Assembly: GCA_004298905.1 (NCBI GenBank) | Contig: SCTK01000018.1 | Coordinates: forward strand, 5,870-69,869 | Source: Burkholderiaceae bacterium | GTDB taxonomy: Bacteria; Pseudomonadota; Gammaproteobacteria; Burkholderiales; Burkholderiaceae_D | Reading direction: 5' to 3' | Length of the DNA: 64,000 nucleotides | Part shown: positions 34,969 through 46,254 of the stretch, piece by piece | Numbering within the stretch: the stretch's first letter is position 1 | How the letters are laid out: each line of letters starts with the position of its first letter | The notes under the pieces: model-generated | The model's input: only the letters and a program-made list of their open reading frames with translations | Databases searched by the model: none | What the model was told of the DNA's origin: nothing | Position numbers and translations under genes: made by a program

Positions 34969-36206
34969 TGGAAAAAATCATGTCACAGAATTTGGGAATC
35001 AAGTTACCGATCTATATGGACTATTCCGCCACGACCCCGGTAGATCCGCGGGTGGTTGACAAAATGGTCCCCTGGTTGTCGCAACACTTTGGCAACCCGG
35101 CTTCGCGCAGTCATCCGTTCGGCTGGGAAGCTGAGAAAGCAGTCGAGGACGCGCGCGAACAAGTGGCCGCGCTGGTCAATGCCGATCCGCGCGAAATCGT
35201 ATGGACTTCCGGTGCCACCGAATCGAACAATCTGGCGCTCAAGGGTGCGGCTCATTTCTATAGTGAAAAGGGCAAGCATATCGTTACCGTCAAGACCGAG
35301 CATAAAGCCGTGCTGGATACCTGCCGCGAACTCGAGCGTGAAGGTTTCGAGGTGACCTATCTGGAGGTGCTGCCGAACGGCCTGATCGACCTCGAACAAT
35401 TCAAGCAGGCACTCCGCGCCGATACCGCTGTCGTATCGGTGATGTATGTCAACAATGAAATCGGCGTGATTCAGGACATTCCGCAACTCGGCGCGATCTG
35501 CCGCGAGCGCGGCATCATTTTCCACGTCGATGCCGCGCAGGCGACTGGCAAGGTGGAAATTGACCTGGCTGCACTGCCTGTTGATTTGATGAGTTTTTCC
35601 GCCCACAAGACCTATGGCCCGAAAGGTATCGGCGCCTTGTATGTGCGTCGCAAGCCGCGCGTGCGTATCGAAGCGCAAATGCATGGCGGTGGCCACGAAC
35701 GCGGCATGCGTTCGGGCACGTTGCCGACACATCAGATCGTCGGCATGGGCGAAGCCTTCCGCATCGCACGCGCCGAAATGGCGACTGAGAACGAACGCAT
35801 TCGCATGTTGCGCGACCGGCTCTGGCAGGGCGTCTCGTCCATGGAAGAAGTGCATCTGAACGGCGACATGGAGCGCCGCGTCCCACATAACCTGAATGTC
35901 TCGTTCAATTATGTCGAGGGTGAATCCCTGATCATGGCGATCAAGGATGTGGCGGTGTCCAGCGGGTCGGCCTGCACCTCGGCCAGCCTGGAACCCTCCT
36001 ACGTATTGCGCGCGCTGGGACGCAGCGACGAGTTGGCGCACAGCTCGATTCGTTTCACGGTGGGACGTTTTACCACCGAAGCGGAGGTCGATTATGTGAT
36101 CGGCCTGATGCAGGGCAAGATTGCCAAATTGCGCGATCTTTCACCCCTGTGGGAAATGTACAAGGATGGCATCGACTTGAATTCGGTGCAGTGGGCGGCG
36201 CATTAA
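34968..36206 (+). CDS. iscS: Cysteine desulfurase IscS
   Basis: Collinear with E. coli IscS: [37 protein letters not shown] and [21 protein letters not shown]. An alternative ATG lies at 34980. Confidence 0.95.
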   Translation: MEKIMSQNLGIKLPIYMDYSATTPVDPRVVDKMVPWLSQHFGNPASRSHPFGWEAEKAVEDAREQVAALVNADPREIVWTSGATESNNLALKGAAHFYSEKGKHIVTVKTEHKAVLDTCRELEREGFEVTYLEVLPNGLIDLEQFKQALRADTAVVSVMYVNNEIGVIQDIPQLGAICRERGIIFHVDAAQATGKVEIDLAALPVDLMSFSAHKTYGPKGIGALYVRRKPRVRIEAQMHGGGHERGMRSGTLPTHQIVGMGEAFRIARAEMATENERIRMLRDRLWQGVSSMEEVHLNGDMERRVPHNLNVSFNYVEGESLIMAIKDVAVSSGSACTSASLEPSYVLRALGRSDELAHSSIRFTVGRFTTEAEVDYVIGLMQGKIAKLRDLSPLWEMYKDGIDLNSVQWAAH

Positions 36207-36246
36207 GTGATGCACTAAGCGGCCGGCCAAAGATTGGAGAAACATC

Positions 36247-36651
36247 ATGGCATACAGCGAAAAAGTTCTAGACCACTATGAAAACCCGCGTAACGTCGGT
36301 TCCTTTGCCAAGGGCGACGAGAGCGTGGGTACCGGCATGGTTGGCGCACCGGCCTGCGGTGATGTGATGAAGTTGCAAATCAAGGTTAATGCCCAGACTG
36401 GGTTGATCGAAGACGCCAAATTCAAGACCTATGGTTGCGGTTCGGCGATTGCTTCGTCGTCGCTGGTGACCGAATGGGTCAAGGGCAAATCGCTTGATCA
36501 AGCGATGGACATCAAGAACACGCAGATCGCGGAAGAGCTGGCGCTGCCGCCGGTGAAGATTCACTGTTCGATTCTGGCGGAAGACGCGATCAAGGCCGCC
36601 GTGGAAGACTACAAGGCCAAGCACGGCACCGGCGCAGCAAAAGCAGCATAG
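36247..36651 (+). CDS. iscU: Fe-S cluster scaffold protein IscU
   Basis: [23 protein letters not shown] and [13 protein letters not shown] are present. Confidence 0.95.
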   Translation: MAYSEKVLDHYENPRNVGSFAKGDESVGTGMVGAPACGDVMKLQIKVNAQTGLIEDAKFKTYGCGSAIASSSLVTEWVKGKSLDQAMDIKNTQIAEELALPPVKIHCSILAEDAIKAAVEDYKAKHGTGAAKAA

Positions 36652-36659
36652 GAAGCGAC

Positions 36660-36983
36660 ATGGCGGTCACACTCTCGGAAAAAGCGGCGCAACACGTCGC
36701 CAATTTTCTTGCCAAACGCGGCAAGGGGCTGGGCTTGCGCATTGGCGTGCGCACGACGGGTTGTTCCGGCATGGCGTACAAGCTCGAATATGTGGATGAG
36801 GTGAACGCGGAAGATCAGACTTTCGAAAGTCACGGCGTGAAGGTTTTCATCGATCCGAAAAGCCTGGCCTACATTGACGGCACCGAACTGGACTACACCC
36901 GCGAGGGTTTGAACGAAGGCTTCAAGTTCAACAATCCGAACGAAGCAGCGCGCTGCGGTTGCGGCGAATCGTTCACCGTTTGA
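36660..36983 (+). CDS. iscA: Iron-binding A-type carrier IscA
   Basis: 107 aa with GCSGMAY and the C-terminal CGCGESF. Confidence 0.93.
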   Translation: MAVTLSEKAAQHVANFLAKRGKGLGLRIGVRTTGCSGMAYKLEYVDEVNAEDQTFESHGVKVFIDPKSLAYIDGTELDYTREGLNEGFKFNNPNEAARCGCGESFTV

Positions 36984-37049
36984 GGCGAAACACATAAGGA
37001 CAGGGAGCGGCGCAATGGCAGCCGCTTTTCTTTTTTGAAGCACCAGGAA

Positions 37050-37577
37050 ATGAGCCAGGAACACAATCACTTCACCCTGTTTCAATTGCCGCAGCAGTTT
37101 GCGCTGGATAGCGCTGCGCTAGAGCAGGCGTATCGCAAGGTTCAATCGCAAGTGCATCCCGATCGTTTCGCCAGCGCAGGCGATGCTGAGAAACGTGTGG
37201 CCATGCAATGGGCGACGCGTGCCAATGAAGCTTTTCAAATCCTGAAATCACCCTTGAAGCGCGCGGCCTATCTGTGCCAGTTGCATGGTGTGGATCTGGC
37301 GATCGAAAGCAATACGGCAATGCCGCCGGAATTTTTGATGCATCAAATGGAATGGCGCGAAGCCTTGCACGAAGCCCGCGCAGGTGGCCACGGTGAACCG
37401 CTGGCGGCATTGGAAAGCGAATTGAAAGCAATGCAAACAGACTTGCAGCACACGCTGGAACGACAGATCGATCAGCAAGGCGACTATGCCGCCGCCGCGC
37501 AAAGCGTGCGGCAGTGGATGTTTGTTGACAAGTTTGCCGCCGAGATCGATGCCGCGTATGCGGCGATCGAAGGTTGA
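37050..37577 (+). CDS. hscB: Co-chaperone HscB
   Basis: The J-domain carries an HPD motif ([10 protein letters not shown]). Its position is between iscA and hscA. ATG at 37050. Confidence 0.88.
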   Translation: MSQEHNHFTLFQLPQQFALDSAALEQAYRKVQSQVHPDRFASAGDAEKRVAMQWATRANEAFQILKSPLKRAAYLCQLHGVDLAIESNTAMPPEFLMHQMEWREALHEARAGGHGEPLAALESELKAMQTDLQHTLERQIDQQGDYAAAAQSVRQWMFVDKFAAEIDAAYAAIEG

Positions 37578-37579
37578 CC

Positions 37580-39445
37580 ATGGCGCTGCTGCAAATCTCC
37601 GAACCCGGCATGTCCACGGCGCCGCATGAGCATCGGCTGGCGGTCGGTATCGATCTGGGCACGACCAACTCGCTGGTGGCGACGGTGCGCAACAGCATTC
37701 CCGTGGTGTTGTCCGATGCGCAGGGTCACGCCTTGCTGCCGTCGATTGTGCGTTATGCGCCGGAAGGGCAGGTGCAGGTGGGATACGCCGCGCAGGCAGT
37801 GCAGGCGCAGGATCCGAAAAATACCATTGCTTCGGTCAAACGCTTTATGGGGCGCGGCGTCAAGGATGTCGCGCACATTGAAAATACGCCGTATGACTTT
37901 GTCGCTGCCGACGGCATGTTGCAAATCAAGACGCTGGCCGGGCCGAAAAGCCCGGTTGAAGTGTCGGCCGAGATTCTGAAAAAACTGCGTGTGCAAGCGG
38001 AACACAGTCTGGGTGGTGCGCTGGTCGGCGCGGTGATAACCGTCCCCGCGTATTTCGACGATGCGCAGCGCCAGGCGACCAAGGATGCCGCGCGCGTGGC
38101 AGGGTTGAACGTGCTGCGCCTGCTCAACGAGCCGACCGCAGCGGCCATCGCCTATGGACTGGACCATGCCGCCGAAGGCATCTATGCCGTGTATGACCTG
38201 GGCGGCGGCACTTTCGACATTTCAATTCTGAAACTCACCAAGGGTGTGTTTGAAGTGTTGGCCACCGGCGGCGATTCCGCACTGGGCGGCGACGATTTCG
38301 ACCAGCGCGTGTTCTGCTGGATCGTCGAGCAAGCCAAACTGCAACCGCTGTCAGCTCAGGATATGCGCCTGCTGTTGGTGAAGGCGCGCGAAGCGAAAGA
38401 GTATCTGAGCAGTCACGGCGAGGTGCGTATCGATACCCGGCTGGCTTCCGGCGAAACCGTGGCGCTGGTATTGAACGAAGAAACCTTCAGCCAGATCACG
38501 CGCACGCTGGTCAACAAAACGCTCGCGCCGATGCGCAAGGCCTTGCGCGACGCCGGCCTGAGTACCGATCAAATCAAGGGCGTGGTGATGGTGGGCGGCG
38601 CGACGCGCATGCCGCAGATTCAGCAGGCGGTGGGCGAATTTTTCGACCAGACGCCGCTGACCAATCTTGATCCCGACAAGGTGGTCGCGCTGGGCGCGGC
38701 GATTCAGGCCAACGTACTCGCAGGCAACCGCAGCCGAGAGGACGACTGGCTGTTGCTCGACGTGATTCCTCTGTCACTCGGTATCGAAACCATGGGTGGT
38801 CTGGTGGAAAAAATCATCCCGCGCAATTCCACCATTCCGGTCGCGCGCGCGCAGGAATTCACCACCTTCAAGGATGGCCAGACGGCGATGGCGATTCATG
38901 TCGTGCAGGGCGAGCGCGAGCTGGTTAGCGATTGCCGCTCGCTGGCACGCTTCGAACTGCGTGGCATTCCGTCGCTGGCGGCGGGCGCGGCGCGCATTGC
39001 CGTCACTTATCAAGTCGATGCCGATGGCTTGCTCTCCGTGACGGCACGGGAAGCGCGTACCGGCGTGGAGGCGGCGATCAGCGTCAAACCTTCCTATGGC
39101 TTGAGCGACGATCAAATTACCCGCATGCTGCAGGAATCCATGACCACGGCGGAATCCGACATGCGGCAGCGCGCGCTGCGCGAATTGCAGGTGGACGGCG
39201 AACGTTTGCTCGAAGCGATCGCGAGTGCGTTGCAACATGACAGCGATCTGCTGAGCGCCGCCGAGCAGACACAATTGCGGCAACAGATAGGTGCCTTGCA
39301 GGCTGTGGTCAACGGCGATGATGCCGCCGCGATCAAGGTGGCGATTGAAACCCTGGGCCAAGGCTCGGAGCATTTTGCTGCATTGCGCATGGACCGGGGC
39401 GTCAAAAAAGCCCTGGCCGGAAAATCACTGGATGAAATAAGCTGA
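37580..39445 (+). CDS. hscA: Fe-S protein assembly chaperone HscA (Hsp70 family)
   Basis: [23 protein letters not shown] and [12 protein letters not shown] are present. Confidence 0.95.
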   Translation: MALLQISEPGMSTAPHEHRLAVGIDLGTTNSLVATVRNSIPVVLSDAQGHALLPSIVRYAPEGQVQVGYAAQAVQAQDPKNTIASVKRFMGRGVKDVAHIENTPYDFVAADGMLQIKTLAGPKSPVEVSAEILKKLRVQAEHSLGGALVGAVITVPAYFDDAQRQATKDAARVAGLNVLRLLNEPTAAAIAYGLDHAAEGIYAVYDLGGGTFDISILKLTKGVFEVLATGGDSALGGDDFDQRVFCWIVEQAKLQPLSAQDMRLLLVKAREAKEYLSSHGEVRIDTRLASGETVALVLNEETFSQITRTLVNKTLAPMRKALRDAGLSTDQIKGVVMVGGATRMPQIQQAVGEFFDQTPLTNLDPDKVVALGAAIQANVLAGNRSREDDWLLLDVIPLSLGIETMGGLVEKIIPRNSTIPVARAQEFTTFKDGQTAMAIHVVQGERELVSDCRSLARFELRGIPSLAAGAARIAVTYQVDADGLLSVTAREARTGVEAAISVKPSYGLSDDQITRMLQESMTTAESDMRQRALRELQVDGERLLEAIASALQHDSDLLSAAEQTQLRQQIGALQAVVNGDDAAAIKVAIETLGQGSEHFAALRMDRGVKKALAGKSLDEIS

Positions 39446-39447
39446 TC

Positions 39448-39780
39448 ATGACCACAGTCAAAGTCTTGCCGCATGCCGATCTGTGCCCAGAGGGCACATC
39501 GTTCGAGGCCGAGCCCGGCCAGAATCTGTGCAAGGCCCTGTTGGCACACGGAATAGAAATCGAACACGCGTGCGAAATGTCGTGCGCCTGTACTACTTGC
39601 CATGTCATCGTGCGTAATGGGTTCAATTCACTCGATGCCAGCGAGGACAAGGAAGACGACCTGCTCGACATGGCTTGGGGCTTGACGCCGCAATCGCGCC
39701 TGTCCTGCCAGGTCAAGGTTGGCGACACCGATCTGACGGTGGAATTGCCGCGCTATACCATCAATCACGCCCGGGAGTAA
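39448..39780 (+). CDS. fdx: ISC-system [2Fe-2S] ferredoxin
   Basis: Adrenodoxin-type cysteines are seen in [11 protein letters not shown] plus LSCQV. The product is 110 aa. Confidence 0.92.
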   Translation: MTTVKVLPHADLCPEGTSFEAEPGQNLCKALLAHGIEIEHACEMSCACTTCHVIVRNGFNSLDASEDKEDDLLDMAWGLTPQSRLSCQVKVGDTDLTVELPRYTINHARE

Positions 39781-39784
39781 TGCC

Positions 39785-39991
39785 ATGCCGCACGCTCTGA
39801 AATGGACCGACAGCCTGGAAATCGCGCTTGCGCTCCATGACAAATACCCGGGCGTCGACCCGCGCAAGATCCGTTTCACGGATTTACACAATTGGGTGCT
39901 CGAGCTGGAAGACTTCGGCGACGACCCTAAACACACCGGCGAGAAAATTCTCGAAGCGATTCAGCAAGCCTGGATCGACGAGAAAGATTGA
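39785..39991 (+). CDS. iscX: Fe-S assembly protein IscX (YfhJ)
   Basis: 68 aa. [32 protein letters not shown] is the IscX pattern. Confidence 0.88.
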   Translation: MPHALKWTDSLEIALALHDKYPGVDPRKIRFTDLHNWVLELEDFGDDPKHTGEKILEAIQQAWIDEKD

Positions 39992-40237
39992 GGCCAGTCA
40001 AGCCTCCACACGCTTTTTACTGCTTCCTTCCCTCCACACCGCTTTGCTGCATTGCAGGTCAAGCTGCGAACTGCAGCACCATTTCCTTTTTATTTCTCTT
40101 CTCGATTGGCGCATCGCCGTCTAAATTTAATTCAAGAAACATAGACAAGGTGGCGTAAAACTATTTGCGTTGCTGTAGTTCCAACGGCTTGCGCTGTCTA
40201 TACTTTTGATGACTTGGGGCCGAGCAAGGAGAGAACG

Positions 40238-42160
40238 ATGGATATCTTCACCAAATTTTCGGAACGTTTCGATCGCACCCGCGAAGAAGAGTATTCGCTG
40301 GAAGAGTATCTGGCGCTGTGCAAAAAAGACCCGAATGCCTACGCGACCTCGGCGGAACGGATGCTGGCGGCGATTGGTGAGCCGGAGTTGATAGATACCC
40401 GCAATGATTCGCGCTTGTCGCGCATTTTCCAGAACAAGCTGATCAAGATCTATCCGGCCTTCAAGGAATTTTATGGCGCCGAGGAAATCATCGAACAGGT
40501 GGTGTCCTATTTCCGCCATGCCGCACAGGGCCTGGAAGAGAAGAAACAGATTCTGTACCTCCTCGGTCCCGTGGGTGGCGGCAAGTCTTCAATTGCCGAA
40601 CGGCTGAAACAGTTGATGGAGCAGGTGCCGTTCTATGCCATCAAGGATTCGCCAGTCAACGAATCGCCACTGGGCTTGTTCAACGTTGACGAAGACGGCC
40701 CCTTGCTGCACGAGCAATACGGCATCCCGGAGCGCTATTTGAACCGGGTGCTGTCGCCTTGGGCAGTCAAGCGCTTGCACGAATTCAACGGCGACATCCG
40801 CCAGTTCCGCGTCGTCAAGCGTTTCCCCTCGATCATGCAGCAGATCGCCATCGCCAAGACCGAGCCCGGCGATGAAAATAATCAGGACATTTCTTCGCTG
40901 GTCGGCAAGGTCGACATTCGCAAGTTGGAGCAATACGCCCAGCACGATCCGGATGCCTACAGCTTTTCCGGTGGCCTGTGCCACGCCAACCAGGGCTTGC
41001 TGGAATTCGTGGAAATGTTCAAAGCGCCGATCAAGGTGTTGCACCCGCTGCTAACGGCGACCCAGGAAGGCAACTTCAAGGGCACCGAAGGTTTTGGCGC
41101 GATCCCGTTTGACGGCATCATCCTGGCTCACTCGAACGAATCGGAATGGAAGCTGTTCAAGAACAACAAGAACAATGAAGCCTTCCTCGACCGCATCTAC
41201 ATCGTCAAGGTGCCGTACTGCCTGCGCGTGTCGGAAGAGGTGAAGATTTACGAGAAACTGGTCCGCAATTCTTCGCTGGCCGATTCGCCATGCGCGCCCG
41301 GCACGTTGAAAATGATGGCGCAGTTTTCCATCCTGACTCGCTTGAAAGAGCCGGAAAACTCCAGCTTGTTTTCGAAGATGCAGGTGTACGACGGCGACAA
41401 TCTGAAAGACACCGATCCCAAAGCCAAATCGATCCAGGAATACCGCGATTACGCGGGCGTGGACGAAGGCATGATGGGCATCTCCACGCGCTGGGCGTTC
41501 AAGATCATTTCCAAGGTGTTCAACTTCGACATGAGCGAGGTCGCGGCCAACCCGGTGCACCTGCTTTATCTGCTGGAGCAGAACATCGAACGCGAGCAGT
41601 TTCCCAAGGAGACCGAGCAGAAATATCTCGCCTATGTGAAGGAATATCTGGCCAACAAGTATGTCGATTTCATCGGCAAGGAAATTCAAACCGCTTACCT
41701 GGAGTCGTATTCCGAGTACGGCCAGAACATTTTCGACCGCTATGTCACGTTCGCCGATTACTGGATTCAGGATCAGGAATACCGCGATCAGGACACCGGC
41801 GAATCGTTCGACCGCGGCTCGCTCAACAACGAGCTGGAGAAAATCGAAAAACCGGCCGGCATCAGCAATCCCAAGGATTTCCGCCACGAGATCGTCAACT
41901 TTGTATTGCGTGCGCGTGCCAACAACGCCGGCAAGAATCCGCCGTGGACCACCTACGAAAAACTGCGCACGGTGATCGAGAAAAAAATGTTCTCGAACAC
42001 CGAGGAATTGCTGCCGGTCATTTCCTTCAACGCCAAATCGTCGGCGGAGGAACAACGCAAACACGAGGATTTCGTCAACCGCATGGTGACCAAGGGCTAC
42101 ACGCCCAAGCAAGTGCGGTTGCTCTGCGAATGGTATTTGCGTGTGAGGAAATCGAGTTGA
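40238..42160 (+). CDS. yeaG: PrkA/YeaG-family serine protein kinase (AAA+ N-terminal domain)
   Basis: AAGGAGAG precedes ATG 40238. P-loop GPVGGGKSS is present. At about 640 aa it is typical of PrkA and is followed by yeaH and a spoVR-family gene. Confidence 0.9.
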   Translation: MDIFTKFSERFDRTREEEYSLEEYLALCKKDPNAYATSAERMLAAIGEPELIDTRNDSRLSRIFQNKLIKIYPAFKEFYGAEEIIEQVVSYFRHAAQGLEEKKQILYLLGPVGGGKSSIAERLKQLMEQVPFYAIKDSPVNESPLGLFNVDEDGPLLHEQYGIPERYLNRVLSPWAVKRLHEFNGDIRQFRVVKRFPSIMQQIAIAKTEPGDENNQDISSLVGKVDIRKLEQYAQHDPDAYSFSGGLCHANQGLLEFVEMFKAPIKVLHPLLTATQEGNFKGTEGFGAIPFDGIILAHSNESEWKLFKNNKNNEAFLDRIYIVKVPYCLRVSEEVKIYEKLVRNSSLADSPCAPGTLKMMAQFSILTRLKEPENSSLFSKMQVYDGDNLKDTDPKAKSIQEYRDYAGVDEGMMGISTRWAFKIISKVFNFDMSEVAANPVHLLYLLEQNIEREQFPKETEQKYLAYVKEYLANKYVDFIGKEIQTAYLESYSEYGQNIFDRYVTFADYWIQDQEYRDQDTGESFDRGSLNNELEKIEKPAGISNPKDFRHEIVNFVLRARANNAGKNPPWTTYEKLRTVIEKKMFSNTEELLPVISFNAKSSAEEQRKHEDFVNRMVTKGYTPKQVRLLCEWYLRVRKSS

Positions 42161-42266
42161 TGAGAAATGACTGCGCCTTCGGCACAATAACGGCCGCGCT
42201 GCGGCCTATGAAAGTGGGTGGAGGTTTTTTTATTTCTCATCTTTCATATTTCATAAGCGAAGCGTC

Positions 42267-43538
42267 ATGTTCCAACTCATCGACCGCCGTCTGAACGGCA
42301 AGAACAAAAGCGCGATCAATCGTGACCGCTTCCTGCGGCGTTATCGCACGCAGATCAAGGATGCCGTTGGCAAGTCCATCAAGGGCCGCAGCATTACCGA
42401 TGTCACCAGCGGCGAGAAGGTTTCGATTCCGGTCAAGGACATTGGCGAGCCGACCTTTGGTCACGGCTCCGGCGGTGTGTGGGAAGCGATTCACGCCGGC
42501 AACGAGAAATATGTCACCGGCGATCAGTTCGACCGGCCGCCGCCGCAAGGCGGCGAGGGCGGTTCGCAAGCCAGTGCCGACGGCGAAGGGGAAGACGATT
42601 TTTCCTTTTCCCTGTCGCGTGATGAATATCTGAACTACATCTTCGACGATCTGGCCTTGCCGAATCTGGTCAAGGAATATCTCGCGCCTTCGACGGAAAC
42701 CAAGACCGTGCGCGCCGGCTTCAAGGCCGACGGCACGCCGACCAATATCCACGTGGTGCGCTCCCTGCGCGGGGCGATGGGCCGTCGCATCGCCTTGGCC
42801 GGGCCGCTGCATAAACGGATCAAGGAACTGGAAGAGGAACTGACGCTGCTGATGAAAGCGCCGGAAGAACATCGCAGCGCGATTGCCGATCTGGAACAGC
42901 GCATCCACGCACTCAAGGGCCGCATTCTCGGCATTCCCTATCTCGATCCTTTCGATCTACGCTACAGCAATCGCGTCAAGCAGCCCAAGCCGAGCAACAA
43001 GGCGGTGATGTTTTGCCTGATGGATGTGTCGGGCTCAATGGATGAAGACAAGAAGGATATGGCCAAGCGCTTCTTCATTCTGCTGTATCTGTTCTTGATG
43101 CGCGCCTATGAAAAGATTGATGTCGTGTTCATTCGTCATCACACGCAGGCGCAGGAAGTCAGCGAGGAAGATTTTTTCCACTCGCGCGAATCGGGCGGCA
43201 CGGTGGTGTCGTCGGCGCTCAAGCTGATGGCTGAGATTATCGAAAAACGCTACTCGCCCAACGAATGGAATATCTATGGCGCGCAGGCGTCGGACGGCGA
43301 CAACTGGAGCGGCGATTCGCCGCTGTGCCACGAATTGCTGACCGAGAAAATCATGCCGCAGGTGCAGTACTTTGCTTATGTCGAAATTACTGACGGTGAA
43401 CCGCAAAACCTGTGGATGGAATACACACGTTTGCAGGAAACTCAGAAATACTTTGCCATGCAACGCATCGGCTCGCGTGAAGATATCTATCCAGTGTTCC
43501 GTGAATTGTTCAAGAAACAAACGCAGATGGTGGCGTGA
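42267..43538 (+). CDS. yeaH: YeaH/YhbH family protein (DUF444, vWA-like)
   Basis: MFQLIDRRLNGKNKSAINRDRFLRRY and the MIDAS-like VMFCLMDVSGSM are present. Confidence 0.88.
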   Translation: MFQLIDRRLNGKNKSAINRDRFLRRYRTQIKDAVGKSIKGRSITDVTSGEKVSIPVKDIGEPTFGHGSGGVWEAIHAGNEKYVTGDQFDRPPPQGGEGGSQASADGEGEDDFSFSLSRDEYLNYIFDDLALPNLVKEYLAPSTETKTVRAGFKADGTPTNIHVVRSLRGAMGRRIALAGPLHKRIKELEEELTLLMKAPEEHRSAIADLEQRIHALKGRILGIPYLDPFDLRYSNRVKQPKPSNKAVMFCLMDVSGSMDEDKKDMAKRFFILLYLFLMRAYEKIDVVFIRHHTQAQEVSEEDFFHSRESGGTVVSSALKLMAEIIEKRYSPNEWNIYGAQASDGDNWSGDSPLCHELLTEKIMPQVQYFAYVEITDGEPQNLWMEYTRLQETQKYFAMQRIGSREDIYPVFRELFKKQTQMVA

Positions 43539-43546
43539 AAGGTGCT

Positions 43547-45124
43547 ATGCCCATCCCGGCCAAACCGAAACTTGAAAGCAAGGCGCCGCCCGATTTTCTG
43601 AAGCGGCGGGCGCAGCCCTTGCCTGCGCCGTCCGAGTGGAGTTTTGAACTGATCGAAACCTACCATCAGGAGATCGCCCGCATCGCCGAGAAATACAAGC
43701 TCGATACCTATCCCAATCAACTGGAAATCATTTCCGCCGAACAGATGATGGATGCCTATGCCGCTGTCGGCATGCCGGTCAACTACCATCACTGGTCTTT
43801 CGGTAAACATTTCCTCTCGACTGAGCGTTCCTACAAGCGCGGGCAGATGGGCCTGGCTTACGAGATCGTCATCAACTCCGATCCTTGCATCGCCTACCTG
43901 ATGGAAGAAAACACCATGCCGATGCAGGCGCTGGTGATTGCGCACGCCGCCTACGGCCACAACTCCTTCTTCAAGGGCAACTACCTGTTCCGCACCTGGA
44001 CCGATGCCAGCTCGATCATCGACTACCTCGTCTATGCCAAGGCCTATATCGCCGAATGCGAAGAACGGCACGGCATTGACGCGGTGGAAGAATTGCTCGA
44101 CTCCTGTCACGCCCTGATGACCTATGGTGTCGACCGCTACAAACGTCCGCGCAAACTATCGCTGGCCGAAGAGCAGGCACGCCGCAAAGACCGCGAAGCG
44201 CACATGCAATCCCAGGTTAACGAACTGTGGCGCACGCTGCCCTACCGTCCGACCGAAGTGGCGCAGAAAGAAGCCTTGCGTTTCCCGGAAGAGCCGCAGG
44301 AAAACATTCTCTACTTCATTGAAAAAAATGCGCCGCTGCTCGAACCCTGGCAGCGCGAAATCGTGCGCATCGTGCGCAAGATCGCGCAGTATTTTTATCC
44401 GCAACGCCAGACCCAGGTGATGAACGAAGGCTGGGCCACCTTCTGGCACTACACCATCCTCAACACCCTGTATGACGAAGGGTTGGTGAATGAAAACTTC
44501 ATGATGGAGATTCTGCACTCGCACACCAACGTGGTGTACCAACCGCCGGTGTCGGCCAAGTGGTATCGCGGCATCAACCCTTATGCCCTTGGCTTCGGCA
44601 TGTTTCAGGACTTGCGCCGCATCTGCGAACATCCCACTGACGAAGACCGCGAATGGTTTCCCGAGATCGCCGGCTCGGATTGGCTGACCACACTGCATCA
44701 CGCCATGCGCAACTTCAAGGATGAAAGCTTCATCGCTCAATATTTGTCGCCCAAACTGATGCGCGATATGCGTTTCTTCGCCATCCTCGACAACGATGAA
44801 AACGAAAAACTGGAAGTCGCAGCGATCCATGATGAAACCGGCTACCGCCGCATCCGCGAAACGCTCGCCGCGCAATACAACGTCAGCAACCGCGAACCCA
44901 ACATCCAGGTCTACAACGTCGATGTGCGCGGCGACCGGTCACTCACCCTGCGTCACTATGTCTTCAACCGCCGCCCGCTCAACAAGAACACCGACGAAGT
45001 CCTCAAACACGTCGCCCGCCTGTGGAAATTCGACGTGCGCATGGAATGCGTCGACGAAGACGGTGATGTCGCCGCCACCTACGAATGCCGCTACGACAAG
45101 CGGCATGAGGTGCGGCACATATAA
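43547..45124 (+). CDS. ycgB: SpoVR-family protein (YcgB)
   Basis: About 525 aa. YPNQLEIISAEQMMDAY..GMPVNYHHWSFGK is the SpoVR pattern. An alternative GTG at 43535 overlaps the yeaH stop. Confidence 0.88.
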   Translation: MPIPAKPKLESKAPPDFLKRRAQPLPAPSEWSFELIETYHQEIARIAEKYKLDTYPNQLEIISAEQMMDAYAAVGMPVNYHHWSFGKHFLSTERSYKRGQMGLAYEIVINSDPCIAYLMEENTMPMQALVIAHAAYGHNSFFKGNYLFRTWTDASSIIDYLVYAKAYIAECEERHGIDAVEELLDSCHALMTYGVDRYKRPRKLSLAEEQARRKDREAHMQSQVNELWRTLPYRPTEVAQKEALRFPEEPQENILYFIEKNAPLLEPWQREIVRIVRKIAQYFYPQRQTQVMNEGWATFWHYTILNTLYDEGLVNENFMMEILHSHTNVVYQPPVSAKWYRGINPYALGFGMFQDLRRICEHPTDEDREWFPEIAGSDWLTTLHHAMRNFKDESFIAQYLSPKLMRDMRFFAILDNDENEKLEVAAIHDETGYRRIRETLAAQYNVSNREPNIQVYNVDVRGDRSLTLRHYVFNRRPLNKNTDEVLKHVARLWKFDVRMECVDEDGDVAATYECRYDKRHEVRHI

Positions 45125-45139
45125 GGCGGTAGCGAAAAC

Positions 45140-45465
45140 GGGGTCTGATTCGATTTTTCTCCGAGGTAATGTTGCGAAGTGCACTGCCACAGAAAACATC
45201 GAGTCTGACCCCTTTTTCGCGGCACTACGAAGTGGGACACATGCCGGGGGTTGCCCGGCAGCAAGTTACCTGTCTTTGCGTCGCCAAAGAAAAGTAACCA
45301 AAAGAAAGGCGAACCGCCGACGCTGCCCTTCGGGTTCCCGAAAAACTACGGTACAAAACGGGGAAACAAAATAACTCGCCCTCGCAAGCTCGGTGCTCAG
45401 ACAGATTTTGTTTCTGATCCGTTTTGTACCGCAGTTTTTCGGCAGCGTCGAAGCGGATCAGACCC
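45140..45465. repeat. Repeat-dense non-coding spacer: GGGGTC(T/A)GA-type motif copies plus a long imperfect hairpin (MITE/REP-like)
   Basis: Motif copies lie at 45140-45154 (+), 45198-45212 (inverted) and 45456-45465 (inverted). The hairpin arms 45338-45372 and 45405-45442 include CCGAAAAACTACGGTACAAAACGG against CCGTTTTGTACCGCAGTTTTTCGG with one mismatch. Track ORF 45251..45484 is an artefact. Confidence 0.7.
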
Positions 45466-45533
45466 GCGAGTGCCAGCGCAGTAATCTGAGTGCTGGGATT
45501 TCATCCCGGCTTACGCTTGCTGGCCCATTTCCT

Positions 45534-46208
45534 CTACAAGCAGTGCTGCATAACTTCACGATGCAACTTCGCAAAACCGAACGAGTTTGATGCTTCAGAT
45601 ATAGCAAGAAGGGTTGATTTATATGCTTCATCTATGAGCTGTAAGTGCGCCACTCTCTGCTGTTGAGATGGGATGCCTGAGATGTTGAAGCTGCCTTGCT
45701 GCAGAGGACCAAACATTTGCATGATGTGAGCGTACCCCGCGTGCGTATAACCGGAGAAGGTTTTGTACACGTTGGTGAGGTGTGTCTTGATACGCTCATC
45801 TTGCTCGCGGCCAGTGAGTGACCTAACTACGGCTGCGTGAATCTTCTTGGTTTGAACTGGCTCTTCGTCACTAGACAAGTAGCCGTCAATAGTCTGTGAG
45901 AAAAACGCCTTCACAAATTTTTGAACGTGCTCCGACTGTTTCGGATAACTCTCCAAGAGAAAGTAGACCTCCCATATGCAATCGTTGACGCATCGATAAA
46001 TTGCACCCATATCAACGAAAAGCCCGCTTCGGCAAAGTAAATCCATGGCGTGAACTCCTTGAGAGGCTCTGACCAATTTCAGAGCAACTACAAGTTCCAG
46101 GCTTTGGTTGTGGTAGTTGAAAACGGTTTTTGACGAGATCCACTCTGGATCACCAACCGACTCGGCACGAAGCCTTTCTGTCAACGAAGCAAGAAGAGGC
46201 AGATCCAT
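45534..46208 (-). CDS. Hypothetical 224-aa cytoplasmic protein, unclassified; candidate toxin/effector partner of the upstream antitoxin gene
   Basis: Clean ORF with AGGA 4-5 nt before the ATG. GC is low (hand count 43 % in 45601-45660). There is no TM helix or signal peptide and the composition is helix-rich. The C-terminal REVMQH has Rx4H spacing. I recognise no family. Confidence 0.7.
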   Translation of the reverse strand: MDLPLLASLTERLRAESVGDPEWISSKTVFNYHNQSLELVVALKLVRASQGVHAMDLLCRSGLFVDMGAIYRCVNDCIWEVYFLLESYPKQSEHVQKFVKAFFSQTIDGYLSSDEEPVQTKKIHAAVVRSLTGREQDERIKTHLTNVYKTFSGYTHAGYAHIMQMFGPLQQGSFNISGIPSQQQRVAHLQLIDEAYKSTLLAISEASNSFGFAKLHREVMQHCL

Positions 46209-46254
46209 GATTCCTACTAATGAGTAAGAGCAAAAGGGGTCAGGCTCGATTTAT

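Noticed and set aside
40151-40168. Sigma-54-like TGGC...TTGC upstream of prkA/yeaG
   Set aside because: The GG-to-GC spacing in TGGCGTAAAACTATTTGC is 3 nt too long for a -24/-12 promoter.
41051-42187. 378-aa ORF on the minus strand (similar cases at 35004..36041, 52978..54033, 57739..58929, 24039..25088 and 50090..50956)
   Set aside because: All of these lie antisense to strongly recognisable conserved genes: prkA, iscS, bamC/MBL, mutS, arnA and trpS. They show the usual Arg/His/Gln/Gly-rich antisense composition.
45251-45484. 77-aa ORF (LPVFASPKKSNQKKGEPPTLPFGF...)
   Set aside because: It coincides with the long hairpin/MITE-like repeat. It has a Lys/Arg/Pro-rich composition and no RBS. 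This type of pseudo-peptide is a recurrent artefact of intergenic repeats.
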